Shown one piece after another: positions 28,731 to 38,895 of a DNA stretch of 64,000 nt; positions within the stretch are counted from its first letter, which is position 1, and each line of letters starts with the position of its first letter. Origin of the DNA: an uncultured bacterium (GTDB lineage Bacteria > Patescibacteriota > Minisyncoccia > UBA6257 > 2-01-FULL-56-20). A program made the translations under genes and the position numbers. Where the stretch lies: positions 198,306 through 262,305 of the forward strand of contig CAWDZM010000001.1 of the NCBI GenBank assembly GCA_963807165.1, read 5' to 3'. Under the pieces are notes generated by a model. That model saw only the letters and a list, made by a program, of their open reading frames with translations. It was not told the DNA's origin and searched no databases.

Positions 28731-30308
28731 TTATTGTGTTTTTAATCCGATGTTAATGACTTTTTCTCCATTCGTAACGCCCGACATGATCTCTACGTTG
28801 CCGCTTTGATCAACAATGCCAAGCTTCACCGGCACCTGTGTCTCTGCACCATTTTGCAGAATATCCACAAACGTGCCGCTCGCATTTTGTATCACCGCAT
28901 ATTGTGGAAGGATGAGTGCGTTCTGATCGGTCTGCGTATTGATATCAAGATTGGCGGTCAAGCCACTCTTGATACGCGGATCAGGTGTGGTGAATGAGGT
29001 CTTCACAAGATAATCAACAACACCGCTTTGAATCGTCTGGGCTGGATCGATATAGAATATCTTTCCGGCAAAGGTCTCGCCAGGAAATGCATCAAAGGTC
29101 ATATTCACCGTATTGCCCACCGCCACCTTTCCAATGTCTGTCTCTGGAACATAGGCATCCACCTCAAAATTATTTGCTGAAATAATAGAAGTGATAATTT
29201 GACCCGGAGTCGCAACCTGACCTACCTTTGCATTCTGTACGGTAACAACACCGTTGATAGGGGAGACGAGCGATGCGTTATTGATGTTAACCTGGATGCT
29301 TTGCGCGTTTGCCTGCGCCTGTGCCACGGCAGCCTGCTGTGCCGCGATCGCCTGTGGTGTCGAACCGGCCTGCGTCTCGGAAAGCTGTGCCTGTGCCTGC
29401 ACCACAGCCGCCTGCTCAGACGCGACGCTTTGCTGAATACCATTGATCGCGGTGGCGGCAGTGCTCACCTCCGTGATCGCGCTCGCCACGTCATTTTTAT
29501 ACGTTGCCGCAACGCTCGGCGTAAGGCCGCTTTCATCCACCACCGCATTCGCATCAGTGTTTAACATTGCAGTCACCACAGAAAGATGATTGGCCGCATT
29601 CTGTAACGCTTGAGAGAGTGTGGAAGTGGATGCGGAAGGCGAGAGCGCACCGATTTCCATCTGCCATGTATTCAATTCATTACCAACCTGAACCCGCTCG
29701 GCATCCGCATTGTTCACCACCGCTGAATTCTGATCGTTGGTTGAAAACGAAAGCTGGGGATTGCTTGAATCCGCATTATTATAGAACGTCGCAATTTGAT
29801 TCTGCACCGCATCATTCGCTTTTGCATACGCACTGGTAACCGCGTTCCCGACGCTGGTATAGGTGTTCGCCAAGGTCTGATTGGCGGTCGCGAGCGCAGC
29901 CTGCGAGACCGCAATCGCTTGCGGCGTAGCTCCCGCCTGAAGGTTCGCAAGCGTTGCCTGTGCCGCCGCGACGCCCGCCTGCGCCTGCGCGAGTTGTGCC
30001 TGCAAGCTACCGGTATCAAGGCGCACGAGCGTATCACCGGCGTTCACGGTATCACCCGCATTCTTATAAACCGCGGCCACAGTACCACCATTTTCAAAAG
30101 AAAGATCTAAGCTTTGGATAGGAGTAGTGTTGCCCGTCACACTCACCACCTCCGTGATCGTACCCTGAGTGACGGTTACAAACTGATATTTACCACCACT
30201 ATTTGCGGCAACAAAAAAATAAATGATGATTCCCACAACCACCACCGCAAGAACGGCGATGATCACCTTTTTCTTTCCAAATCCAAACCGTGTTAATAAT
30301 GTCTTCAT
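28731..30308 (-). CDS. Periplasmic adaptor (HlyD/MacA family, membrane fusion protein) with a very long Ala/Gln-rich coiled coil
   Basis: N-terminal TM, long alpha-hairpin repeats, C-terminal beta-barrel/MP domain. Confidence 0.75.
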   Translation of the reverse strand: MKTLLTRFGFGKKKVIIAVLAVVVVGIIIYFFVAANSGGKYQFVTVTQGTITEVVSVTGNTTPIQSLDLSFENGGTVAAVYKNAGDTVNAGDTLVRLDTGSLQAQLAQAQAGVAAAQATLANLQAGATPQAIAVSQAALATANQTLANTYTSVGNAVTSAYAKANDAVQNQIATFYNNADSSNPQLSFSTNDQNSAVVNNADAERVQVGNELNTWQMEIGALSPSASTSTLSQALQNAANHLSVVTAMLNTDANAVVDESGLTPSVAATYKNDVASAITEVSTAATAINGIQQSVASEQAAVVQAQAQLSETQAGSTPQAIAAQQAAVAQAQANAQSIQVNINNASLVSPINGVVTVQNAKVGQVATPGQIITSIISANNFEVDAYVPETDIGKVAVGNTVNMTFDAFPGETFAGKIFYIDPAQTIQSGVVDYLVKTSFTTPDPRIKSGLTANLDINTQTDQNALILPQYAVIQNASGTFVDILQNGAETQVPVKLGIVDQSGNVEIMSGVTNGEKVINIGLKTQ

Positions 30309-30416
30309 ATAAGTGTATTATATCATAATACTGCTCATTACGCAGAAGTTATCCACAGGGTAGTTAAGCAACTGAACAATTATGGTTTATAATTAATAAT
30401 ATATTAATCATTATCT

Positions 30417-31223
30417 ATGGAAAACATTATTGAGGTAAAAAATCTGGTCAAGAAGTTCGGCGATTTCACCGCGGTGAAGGACATTTCCTTTAGCGTCAAA
30501 AAGGGTGAAATTTTTGCGTTTCTTGGGCCGAACGGGGCGGGCAAGTCGACCACAATCAAAATGCTGACTACCATCCTTAATCCCACGAGCGGGGATATTA
30601 AACTGAACGGTCACGACGCGACAAGCGACGCCGATGCCGTGCGGCACTCGTTCGGAATCGTATTCCAAGACCCAAGCCTGGACGACGATCTTACCGCAAT
30701 CGAAAACATGAATCTGCACGGCGTGCTCTATGGCGTGCCAAGCAAGGCTCGCAAAGAGCGGATCGAACAGTTGCTCAACTTTGTGGAGCTGTGGGATCGG
30801 CGCGACAGCCAAGTAAAGGAATTCTCCGGCGGCATGAAGCGTCGCCTTGAGATCGCGCGCGGACTTTTGCATCATCCCACCGTGCTCTTTTTGGACGAGC
30901 CGACGCTTGGCCTCGATCCGCAGACCCGCAATCATATGTGGAGCTATCTCCAAAATCTCAACAAGACCGAAGGCATCACGGTATTCTTTACCACCCACTA
31001 TATGGAAGAAGCCGAGCGTATTGCCCAGCGAATCGCGATCATCGATCACGGCACGATCATTGCATTAGGAACCGCAGATGAATTAAAGAAAAAAACGGAG
31101 ACTAATTCTCTTGAAGATGCTTTCTTAAAACTGACCGGCAGTGTGATCCGTGATGAGGAAGCTAATTCGGCCGACCGTATGCGATCACAAAGCAAAATGT
31201 GGCGCGGCGGCGGACGGCGCTAA
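30417..31223 (+). CDS. ABC transporter ATP-binding protein (ABC-2 exporter type)
   Basis: Walker A GPNGAGKST, signature FSGGMKRR. Confidence 0.9.
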   Translation: MENIIEVKNLVKKFGDFTAVKDISFSVKKGEIFAFLGPNGAGKSTTIKMLTTILNPTSGDIKLNGHDATSDADAVRHSFGIVFQDPSLDDDLTAIENMNLHGVLYGVPSKARKERIEQLLNFVELWDRRDSQVKEFSGGMKRRLEIARGLLHHPTVLFLDEPTLGLDPQTRNHMWSYLQNLNKTEGITVFFTTHYMEEAERIAQRIAIIDHGTIIALGTADELKKKTETNSLEDAFLKLTGSVIRDEEANSADRMRSQSKMWRGGGRR

Positions 31224-31255
31224 CAATATACAAAAATTATTTACATTAAAATTTT

Positions 31256-32002
31256 ATGAAAACGATCTATATATTGTGGCTCCGCGAGATCAAGCGCTAT
31301 CTGCGTTCAAAATCGCGCATTGTGGGTTCACTCGGACAGCCAATCCTGTTCCTCCTCGCACTCGGCTACGGACTCGGTTCGGTGTTCGCAAAAGCAGGGG
31401 AGGGGAATTACTTCCAGTTCCTTGCGCCGGGCATCATCGGCATGAGCATCATCTTTACCGCGATCTTCTCCGGGATTCAAATCATCTGGGATCGTCAGTT
31501 CGGCTTCCTTAAGGAGACGCTCGTCGCACCCGTGAATCGTCTGAATATCATGATCGGCCGCACGCTCGGCGGCGCCACCGTCGCTACCATGCAGGGGATA
31601 CTCGTGCTCATTATTGTGATGTTTTTTGGCTTCCGGCCGTATAGCTGGGCGCTGGTGCCGATTGCAATACTCTTCATGTTGCTGGTTGCATTGCTCTTCG
31701 CCGCGCTTGGCGCGATGATCGGATCACTACTCGATGACATGCAAGGCTTCCAGCTCATCATGAACTTCCTCGTCATGCCACTCTTCTTCCTTTCCGGTGC
31801 GCTCTTCCCATTGAACGGCCTCCCCGCGATCCTCGACGGCATTGTTAAGTTCGATCCGCTTTCATACGGCATCGATTCATTCCGCATCCTCCTCGTAAAC
31901 AGCGGTAGCTTCGGCCTCGGCGTGGACTTTGCCGTACTCGCCGTCGTCACCGCAATCTTCCTCGGCCTCGGCAGCTACTTCTTCTCAAAGATACAGGTAT
32001 AA
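31256..32002 (+). CDS. ABC-2 type transporter permease
   Basis: Six hydrophobic helices. Immediately follows the ATPase. Confidence 0.75.
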   Translation: MKTIYILWLREIKRYLRSKSRIVGSLGQPILFLLALGYGLGSVFAKAGEGNYFQFLAPGIIGMSIIFTAIFSGIQIIWDRQFGFLKETLVAPVNRLNIMIGRTLGGATVATMQGILVLIIVMFFGFRPYSWALVPIAILFMLLVALLFAALGAMIGSLLDDMQGFQLIMNFLVMPLFFLSGALFPLNGLPAILDGIVKFDPLSYGIDSFRILLVNSGSFGLGVDFAVLAVVTAIFLGLGSYFFSKIQV

Positions 32003-32052
32003 AAAAATCCGCTCGTAATCAACGAGCGGAGTCACCTGCAACGATTTTACTT

Positions 32053-32484
32053 TTACAACCAGAGAAGAAGATAAACAAGCATATCTCCCGTGGTGATGGT
32101 GGAAATACCAAGGAGTAGCGCGGGAATTGCAAAATATTTATGCGCTCGCGGATACTCGTCTCCGTTAAACCAAAGCGTCAGGAAAAAAAATGGTAGAAAC
32201 AGCAAGAGCAGGGGAAGGTGAACCCAAAAGAACGGAATGTGTGGAAGCCCAAGCGCCACACGAGCACCCTCGATGGCCAAAACCGCCGCCGCCATGGTCC
32301 ACGTTGATAATTTGGCCGCTCTCTTATGGCGGGAAAATGCGATCAACTCAAGAGGGTCACCATTCATGTGCCCCCATCGATAATACCCAACCCACGCACC
32401 ATACCAACCCGTTTGGAGAAATCGGTAAGCAAAGAGGGTTGATAACCCCCAAAGAAGCAGTGCGGTACAGTGAAAAAGAGTCAA
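32053..32484 (-). CDS. Hypothetical polytopic membrane protein
   Basis: Four hydrophobic helices. Confidence 0.35.
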   Translation of the reverse strand: MTLFHCTALLLWGLSTLFAYRFLQTGWYGAWVGYYRWGHMNGDPLELIAFSRHKRAAKLSTWTMAAAVLAIEGARVALGLPHIPFFWVHLPLLLLFLPFFFLTLWFNGDEYPRAHKYFAIPALLLGISTITTGDMLVYLLLWL

Positions 32485-32556
32485 AGCCAGTACCTCCTGG
32501 CCACAGCATAGCTTATGTTCTACATTATTTCAAATTAAAGAGGTATACTATACAAC

Positions 32557-33276
32557 ATGAAGATCCAATGGAATAAAGTGACGTGGTATTCAAAGTTCCT
32601 GGCGCTGGCGCTCTTTGTGGCCCTGCCGTTCATTGGGTTTTATTACGGGATGCAATATGGCAGGATGACGGCGATACTTGGCGAGATATCAACCATCAAT
32701 TTAAAAAGCAGCGGTACCGCCGATAACAGCGCGGCGTACTATAATGATCCCGCCGAGTGGCAGATAGATGCGAACAATATCGCAGGTGGATTCAACATCG
32801 CATATCCACTGGATTTTGATACGCAAGATAATTATTCTGCAACGCCATCCACCGACTGGCGTTTGAATGCAAACGCGCCGGGAGTAAAATATTTCACCCT
32901 GACCGTGCCGCGCGCGTTCGAACCGCAGACAAACTTTGTGGATGCCACGCTCACCGTCGGTGCAAGCCAGGACAGCGCCGCGATCGCCTCATGCCTCACG
33001 CCTGATCAACTCGGAGAACCGACAACCGCCGCTTTGAGTGCAACGATCAACGGCATCGCGTTCACTATTTTCAAGTTCAATGGCGCCGGCGCCGGAAATT
33101 ATTATGAGACTACAAGCTACCGCACGCTCCACGCAGGCGCATGCTACGCGGTTGAATATACGGTTCACTCCGGTCAGATTGCAAATTATCCTTCATCGTA
33201 TAATCTTCAACCATTCGATGGGTCAAAAATAGACTCCTTAATGCAAAACATCGTTGGCACGTTTAGATTTCAATAA
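32557..33276 (+). CDS. Hypothetical secreted protein
   Basis: Signal/TM anchor. Confidence 0.4.
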   Translation: MKIQWNKVTWYSKFLALALFVALPFIGFYYGMQYGRMTAILGEISTINLKSSGTADNSAAYYNDPAEWQIDANNIAGGFNIAYPLDFDTQDNYSATPSTDWRLNANAPGVKYFTLTVPRAFEPQTNFVDATLTVGASQDSAAIASCLTPDQLGEPTTAALSATINGIAFTIFKFNGAGAGNYYETTSYRTLHAGACYAVEYTVHSGQIANYPSSYNLQPFDGSKIDSLMQNIVGTFRFQ

Positions 33277-33291
33277 ATTCAACAGTGTTCT

Positions 33292-33981
33292 ATGAAAAAA
33301 TCTAATAAGATCATCGTCATCATTGTGCTCGCACTCGTCGTACTATTTGGCGTTGGGCAATTTTTCGCGGGCTCAAACATCACGGCGACGCCAAATCAAA
33401 CTACCTCGACCTCCACACAAAGCACTCCTGCCGTGCCCGCCACGCAGGTCATCGTATATGCGCCGGTCCAGCCTGCCAGCTCCACGCCAGTTGAAAAAGG
33501 CTCCTGCTGGACGAACTCCATCGCCGCGCCGTTCCGTGCCGACGCCTGGCGTTGCGCGGTGGGCAATGGCATAAGCGATCCGTGCTTCCAGATCCCGAAT
33601 AGCACAAGTACGTTGCTCTGCGCCATCAATCCGACGGTATTGAACTCTACTTCCACGTTTGTGCTTAAACTCACTCAGCCGTTGCCACAATCGGAGCCTA
33701 TACCGGGACTTCCGCCTTCCGACTGGGCATGGCTTGTTCAGCTCGCCGACGGCACATTATGTACGCCATTCACCGGGACCCTGCCCGTCACCGCCACGGG
33801 CGAAGCGGCAAACTATGGCTGCGCCCCCGGGTCACTCGGCAGTAGCACCCTCATCTTTGGCGACCTCAATGCTTCAAGTAGCGTGTGGACCGCAGAGGTA
33901 GGAACACTCTCCGAAACAAGTTCGAGCATGCCGACCATCGCCAGCTCATCCACCGTTTCCGTTGCGACAATCTGGCAATAG
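33292..33981 (+). CDS. Hypothetical secreted Cys-containing protein
   Basis: Signal/TM anchor, Thr/Ser-rich linker, 8 Cys. Confidence 0.4.
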   Translation: MKKSNKIIVIIVLALVVLFGVGQFFAGSNITATPNQTTSTSTQSTPAVPATQVIVYAPVQPASSTPVEKGSCWTNSIAAPFRADAWRCAVGNGISDPCFQIPNSTSTLLCAINPTVLNSTSTFVLKLTQPLPQSEPIPGLPPSDWAWLVQLADGTLCTPFTGTLPVTATGEAANYGCAPGSLGSSTLIFGDLNASSSVWTAEVGTLSETSSSMPTIASSSTVSVATIWQ

Positions 33982-34072
33982 GGCAAGAAACAAAAAGACC
34001 CTCTCGTTTTTGACGGAAATGCCACGTAGGAACGTGACCGTCAAAAACGAGAGGGTCTTTTTGTTTCTTGCC
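33982..34072. repeat. Perfect 35-bp inverted repeat (arms 33982-34016 and 34038-34072, 21-nt loop) exactly filling the gap between two convergent genes. Presumed bidirectional terminator or protein-binding palindrome.
   Basis: The left arm ggcaagaaacaaaaagaccctctcgtttttgacgg is the exact reverse complement of the right arm. Confidence 0.75.
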
Positions 34073-34929
34073 TACTGTGCGCTCGTTGAGGCGGAAACGG
34101 TCGCGCTCACATTTGCAGAAACCTTGAACGTCGCCAGTGCTTTGACGATTGCCATAGCATCGGCACGCGCAGAAACGAAATCCTGCTGTGCCGCGAGGAT
34201 TTTGGAATGTGCATCCTTCAATGTCGCCGTATTCGACGCCATGATGGTCGCATTGCCATTGTCCGGCGTGAGTGTTGCTACCTCGGAAGCTGCTGCGGTT
34301 GCCTGTGTGTTTGCGCCGGAGACTTTGGCGTTGAAATCGATGAGTGAAGCCTGTGCCGCCGTCACATTATTTCCGGCCGTCTGTGCGGCAGAGATCCGTG
34401 CAGAGAGTTTCGTGCCAAGATCGTTCATAATCCCAACAATTGTGAGTACGCGGTCGGAAGCCGCTTCGATCGCACCCTGAGGAAGGATCAACGCAAAAAT
34501 GCGGTATGAACCGGTAATGGACTGCACATCGGTCTTAAGGCTGCTCGTGCTATTCGCTGCCGCATCGGCGGCGATCTGCGACTGAAGGGTATTCATCGCT
34601 GTGATCTGCGCCTGGATCGATGTCGATAAGTTGCTTTTATCATTTGCGGAAAGCCGTGCCATCGCATTTACCCGAGTACTTAACGCATTGAGTGCATCAA
34701 CGCGACGGGTAATCTCTTGATCAGCCCGAGTCATGATGTTCGTGATGCGGGTCGCCAATGCCGCTGATAATTTTGCGGTAACGCTGGCCACGGTATTTCC
34801 GGAAACGGTCGCTGATGCGCTCAGCCCAACGGAAAGTCCCGTCTGCGCGAAAGCGGGGAGTGTCGCCGCGGCGCCGATCACGGCAGCCACGCCAACCGAG
34901 GTGATGACCTTGATAAATTTATTATTCAT
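34072..34929 (-). CDS. Secreted Ala/Thr-rich coiled-coil protein
   Basis: Signal peptide, low-complexity heptad-like repeats. Confidence 0.4.
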   Translation of the reverse strand: MNNKFIKVITSVGVAAVIGAAATLPAFAQTGLSVGLSASATVSGNTVASVTAKLSAALATRITNIMTRADQEITRRVDALNALSTRVNAMARLSANDKSNLSTSIQAQITAMNTLQSQIAADAAANSTSSLKTDVQSITGSYRIFALILPQGAIEAASDRVLTIVGIMNDLGTKLSARISAAQTAGNNVTAAQASLIDFNAKVSGANTQATAAASEVATLTPDNGNATIMASNTATLKDAHSKILAAQQDFVSARADAMAIVKALATFKVSANVSATVSASTSAQ

Positions 34930-34959
34930 GATGTTGATGAAATGGTTTTTATGACAACG

Positions 34960-35274
34960 TTATTCTGCCTGCTGGACCGGCTGGTCGTTCATGCTTTGTG
35001 TGACGCTCGCATTATCGGAGCTCAATCCATTCATCTGCGCGTTAACACTCGCCATATCCTGGTTGATAGACTGATCCGAATCTCCCTGCGGATACGAAGT
35101 TGACGCCGTCGCGCTCGTCCCCGAAGTCGAACTTGAGGCAACCGTTGCGCCGGTGTTGTTATACATCGCTGCAGGAGTAGTACCCGCTTGACTTGCCATC
35201 CACCACCAAATTCCTCCACCAACCACAATCACTGCGAGAACAACCCACAAAATTATTTTTCCTGTTTTTGACAT
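34960..35274 (-). CDS. Hypothetical small membrane-anchored protein
   Basis: N-terminal TM helix, Ser/Thr-rich tail. Confidence 0.3.
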   Translation of the reverse strand: MSKTGKIILWVVLAVIVVGGGIWWWMASQAGTTPAAMYNNTGATVASSSTSGTSATASTSYPQGDSDQSINQDMASVNAQMNGLSSDNASVTQSMNDQPVQQAE

Positions 35275-35395
35275 AGCAATAAATTATTTTACTTATTTTT
35301 TAAGCTTTCTTGAGACCACAACCCTTACCGTATTCGACCTGTCCGGCAGAGTGTGCTCCACTAACTTATTATACGACATATACCCCGGCTTGGTG

Positions 35396-36169
35396 CTAAC
35401 GATATCCAACCTTCTTCAGCCAATCTTCATGTTCCCATTCCCACAGTTTTTTTGCGCCCAAAAACCCATTAAAATCATCCTGCCAATAAGGGAACTCCTT
35501 GAGCTCGATATCTCCATAGAGTGCCGACCATTCATGCACACAGCCGCGCATGGCGGAATTCTTCCAGTCGGTTTTGATCTTTTCCCGGCCGCCTTTCACG
35601 CGCCGAATTGCGCCACAGCGCACGCACTTTTGTATTTGATCGATCTTTAATATCCAGCGCGTCGAAAGATCCTCAAATTCGTTTTTGAGGGCATCCATGT
35701 ATGCGGACGTCTGTAGATTGTAATCGCGGTAGATCGCTTGCGAGGTTTTGATGTCGAGTACGCCGAGCTTGCCGCCGATGCGCGCGATCGCGTCCACCGT
35801 GCCCGCATAGCGATGATCGCGGTTGACGATCCGGCGCTCCACGAGTTCCGGCGTCACGTGGATATGATTCTTCTCAAAAAATTCCTGGAACGCATGCACG
35901 GCTGGCGCCACCGCTTCAGGAATGGCATCCGCCTTCCCGAGTAATAATCCCTCCACTGCCTCATGCAACATCGTGCCTTCTTCGGCGGAACGTTCTGTTG
36001 ATTCCTTTGCCGCCCAATAGCTCTTTGCCTCGCCATAGAAATAATAGAGTGCAGGCTTGGCCTTGATGCCAACGATCTTCGTCACCCGCGGATACCAATC
36101 GCCATCGATGGTATAGCCACATTGCTCCTTAAAATCGTTGATATCCTTAAATTCTTCAAATAGTGACAT
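35396..36169 (-). CDS. PD-(D/E)xK superfamily nuclease, Cas4/RecB-like, with a C-terminal Cys cluster
   Basis: Motifs GTVDAI...LDIKTS...QTSAYM (D, ExK, QxxxY) and C-x2-C...C near the C-terminus. Confidence 0.5.
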   Translation of the reverse strand: MSLFEEFKDINDFKEQCGYTIDGDWYPRVTKIVGIKAKPALYYFYGEAKSYWAAKESTERSAEEGTMLHEAVEGLLLGKADAIPEAVAPAVHAFQEFFEKNHIHVTPELVERRIVNRDHRYAGTVDAIARIGGKLGVLDIKTSQAIYRDYNLQTSAYMDALKNEFEDLSTRWILKIDQIQKCVRCGAIRRVKGGREKIKTDWKNSAMRGCVHEWSALYGDIELKEFPYWQDDFNGFLGAKKLWEWEHEDWLKKVGYR

Positions 36170-36184
36170 TCGTGACGTAATAAA

Positions 36185-37588
36185 TTATTTCAACAACTTT
36201 CCGGTAAGGTCGGAAATATCGCCAGCACCCATCATGATGACGACGGGGGATAGGGGGAGTTGCTTGTTCGGTTGCATATGGTTAAGGATAGTATCCACCG
36301 CAGGACGGATATTTTCCGGATGCTCAAGATAAAAGATTGGTTTTTGGGGCGAACTTTTCTGCATCACGTTTACGAGAGCGGCAGAGTCATGCGCAAACTT
36401 TTCATCACGGCCGAGCACTTTATAGAGCGGCAAAATAAAGATGATATCTGCGGCATCGAACGCACCCGCAAAATCTTTGAATAACAGATTTAACCGCTTC
36501 GCTTGATGCGGCTGGAAGATGCAAAAGAGCGGGGAGTGCGGGAACTTTTCGCGGAACGCGGCGAGTGTTGCCTTGATCTCCGTCGGATGGTGCGCGTAAT
36601 CATCATAAACGAAAACTTTTGTTCCTTTCACTTTTCCCTTGAGCTCCATCCGACGCCACGCGCCTTTATAACCCGCGATTGCGGTTAAAATTTTCTTTTC
36701 AGGAATTTTTAATATCTTGCCGAGCGTTAACACCGCTGTCGCGTTCGAAATGTTGTGTTCGCCGGCGATCGGGATAATTTTCTTGATCTTGCGCGCCGTG
36801 GCCGCGCCGCCGCTCATGCCCACACCCGCACCACGCGTGGAGAACCAAATCACTTTCAACTCACGCTTCTTTGCCATTGCGGCGATCGCCGTGCGCAAGG
36901 AATAAAGCGATGCATCATCACGATTTAAGATTAAAACACCCCCCACGCGTGTGCGCGATAAGAATTTTAAAAATGCGCGCTTGGCGTTCGCAAACGTCTT
37001 ATAAAAATCCATGTGCTCGCGATCGACGTTCGTCACTATAGAAATTGCAGGTGAGTAATCCAAAAACGCGGCGTGGAAATCGTCTGCTTCTAAAACAAGA
37101 TATGGCCCGCGGCCGATGCGGATATTTTTTCCGCCGAGGTCCGCCAACTTGGTGCCAACCAGGATCGTCGGATCCAAACCCGCGCGCAAGAGTGCGAGTC
37201 CAGCGAGCGCGGTCGTCGTACTCTTGCCGTGCGAGCCGGTGATGGCGATCGTCTCATAATCTTCCGTGATCCGCCCGAGCGCCTTGGAATAGGGGAGAAC
37301 AACGATCGCTTTGCCGGCTCGCACGGCGGCCTCGGCGACCAGCAATTCGGGATTTTCCGGGGAAATCGCCCTATTATAGATGACGAGGCTCGTGCCGGTC
37401 GGTATATTGCCCTTTTTATGCCCAATTTTGACCGCTATACCATCTTTTATGAGCTCTTGCGTCATCATGCCCTCGGCCGCGTCGGAGCCAGAAACCGCCC
37501 ATTTATGGGCAAGAAAATAGCGGGCTAGGCCGCTCATGCCGATCCCGCCAATACCGATAAAGTGAACGCCGAGGGTTGCTGATTTCAT
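36185..37588 (-). CDS. murC: UDP-N-acetylmuramate--L-alanine ligase
   Basis: MurC N-terminus HFIGIGGIGMSGLA and Mur ligase domains. Start at the internal Met (MKSATLG). Confidence 0.85.
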   Translation of the reverse strand: MKSATLGVHFIGIGGIGMSGLARYFLAHKWAVSGSDAAEGMMTQELIKDGIAVKIGHKKGNIPTGTSLVIYNRAISPENPELLVAEAAVRAGKAIVVLPYSKALGRITEDYETIAITGSHGKSTTTALAGLALLRAGLDPTILVGTKLADLGGKNIRIGRGPYLVLEADDFHAAFLDYSPAISIVTNVDREHMDFYKTFANAKRAFLKFLSRTRVGGVLILNRDDASLYSLRTAIAAMAKKRELKVIWFSTRGAGVGMSGGAATARKIKKIIPIAGEHNISNATAVLTLGKILKIPEKKILTAIAGYKGAWRRMELKGKVKGTKVFVYDDYAHHPTEIKATLAAFREKFPHSPLFCIFQPHQAKRLNLLFKDFAGAFDAADIIFILPLYKVLGRDEKFAHDSAALVNVMQKSSPQKPIFYLEHPENIRPAVDTILNHMQPNKQLPLSPVVIMMGAGDISDLTGKLLK

Positions 37589-37634
37589 GGGATTATTATA
37601 ACGCCGCGATGCCAGAAAAACCATTAAAAAATGA

Positions 37635-38075
37635 TTATAAAAACTTTTCTATCACCAATTGTTTTATTTCTTCCGGCTTGAGATCAATATCTTTTAATCT
37701 TGAAAGGGGAATCTTTACCGGGTCGTGCGTACCGTCAACCGCGTACGGAGTGTTTGGCTGATATTCCGGACCATCACCGGCGCCAAACGTACCACCGACC
37801 TCCTTGCACAGATAAAAATCATGCACCACTTCTTCTTTGCTATCATGGCCTTCGTGATGATATTCCGCGAAGCGCTCTCCGACGCTGACTTCCACTCCCA
37901 ACTCTTCTTTCATTTCGCGATGCAATGCCTGCAAAATTGTTTCTCCTTTTTCCACACCACCGCCGGGGAAAATATAATATGTCCGATCTCCTTTGACCCG
38001 TTCGATGAGCGCAATCTTACCATCTTCAATAATAATTCCTCGAACACGTTTATTCATAGCGCTCAAAGTATACAC
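37635..38075 (-). CDS. NUDIX hydrolase
   Basis: Nudix box GGGVEKGETILQALHREMKEELG. Confidence 0.8.
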   Translation of the reverse strand: MYTLSAMNKRVRGIIIEDGKIALIERVKGDRTYYIFPGGGVEKGETILQALHREMKEELGVEVSVGERFAEYHHEGHDSKEEVVHDFYLCKEVGGTFGAGDGPEYQPNTPYAVDGTHDPVKIPLSRLKDIDLKPEEIKQLVIEKFL

Positions 38076-38084
38076 GATTTTTAT

Positions 38085-38756
38085 TTATTGATACACCGTC
38101 CCCAAATAATTCATTGGGTCCACATCGCGCCCTTGCGGATAGGGACCACAGCCGTGCGCGGGCGCCATGCTGAAACCCGCGGCTTCAAAGATAGAAAAAT
38201 GGAGGTGGGTGCCGGTCTCGTCACCACTATCACCGACGGTGCCAATGAGTTGATCCTTCATAATACTCTCGCCGGGCTGAACATCGATGTCGGCCAAGTG
38301 CGCGAATAAAAGATCGAGATGATTCGTATTGTCCTCGAGCACGATGAATCGTCCGAATGCGAGACGCGGGCAATAATCATCCTGATCGCCGGTGGCAAGG
38401 ACCGTCGCAACGGCAGGCGAGTAGATCGGCGCGCCATAGACGGCAGCGATGTCGATGCCGTTATGCCAGTCGCCGATATACATGTATGAGTACGGTGTGC
38501 GGCCGTAGCCTTGAGTGATGGCACCATATCCTTTGCCACCTTTGGCGAATAGATCGAAATTGATGGTGGTCAGGCCGTTCGCAGCGCCGCCGCCGCTTCC
38601 ACCCGGACCAAAATATGCCCCGGACAGGGGAGTCATGCTCGGCATCAACGACGAAAGCGTTCCCGAGTCCAATGCGTGTGCGGCCGTCGCCACAATATCG
38701 TAGCCGATCGCAACCACAAAGATGACGAGAAAAATAAATCCAATTTGTTTTAACAT
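38085..38756 (-). CDS. M23 family metallopeptidase (LytM-like)
   Basis: HxxxD ... HLHF motifs. N-terminal TM. Confidence 0.8.
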   Translation of the reverse strand: MLKQIGFIFLVIFVVAIGYDIVATAAHALDSGTLSSLMPSMTPLSGAYFGPGGSGGGAANGLTTINFDLFAKGGKGYGAITQGYGRTPYSYMYIGDWHNGIDIAAVYGAPIYSPAVATVLATGDQDDYCPRLAFGRFIVLEDNTNHLDLLFAHLADIDVQPGESIMKDQLIGTVGDSGDETGTHLHFSIFEAAGFSMAPAHGCGPYPQGRDVDPMNYLGTVYQ

Positions 38757-38895
38757 CTATGGTATTGTGCCTGAACTGAAGGCGATATGGAATAGCGAGG
38801 GAATAGAGCCCTTTTCAAGACTTCATCTGTCGCCCAATATACCTTTTACGTCAGATATATAGCTTAAACCAGCTTATATGGCTTTTTATCTATTT

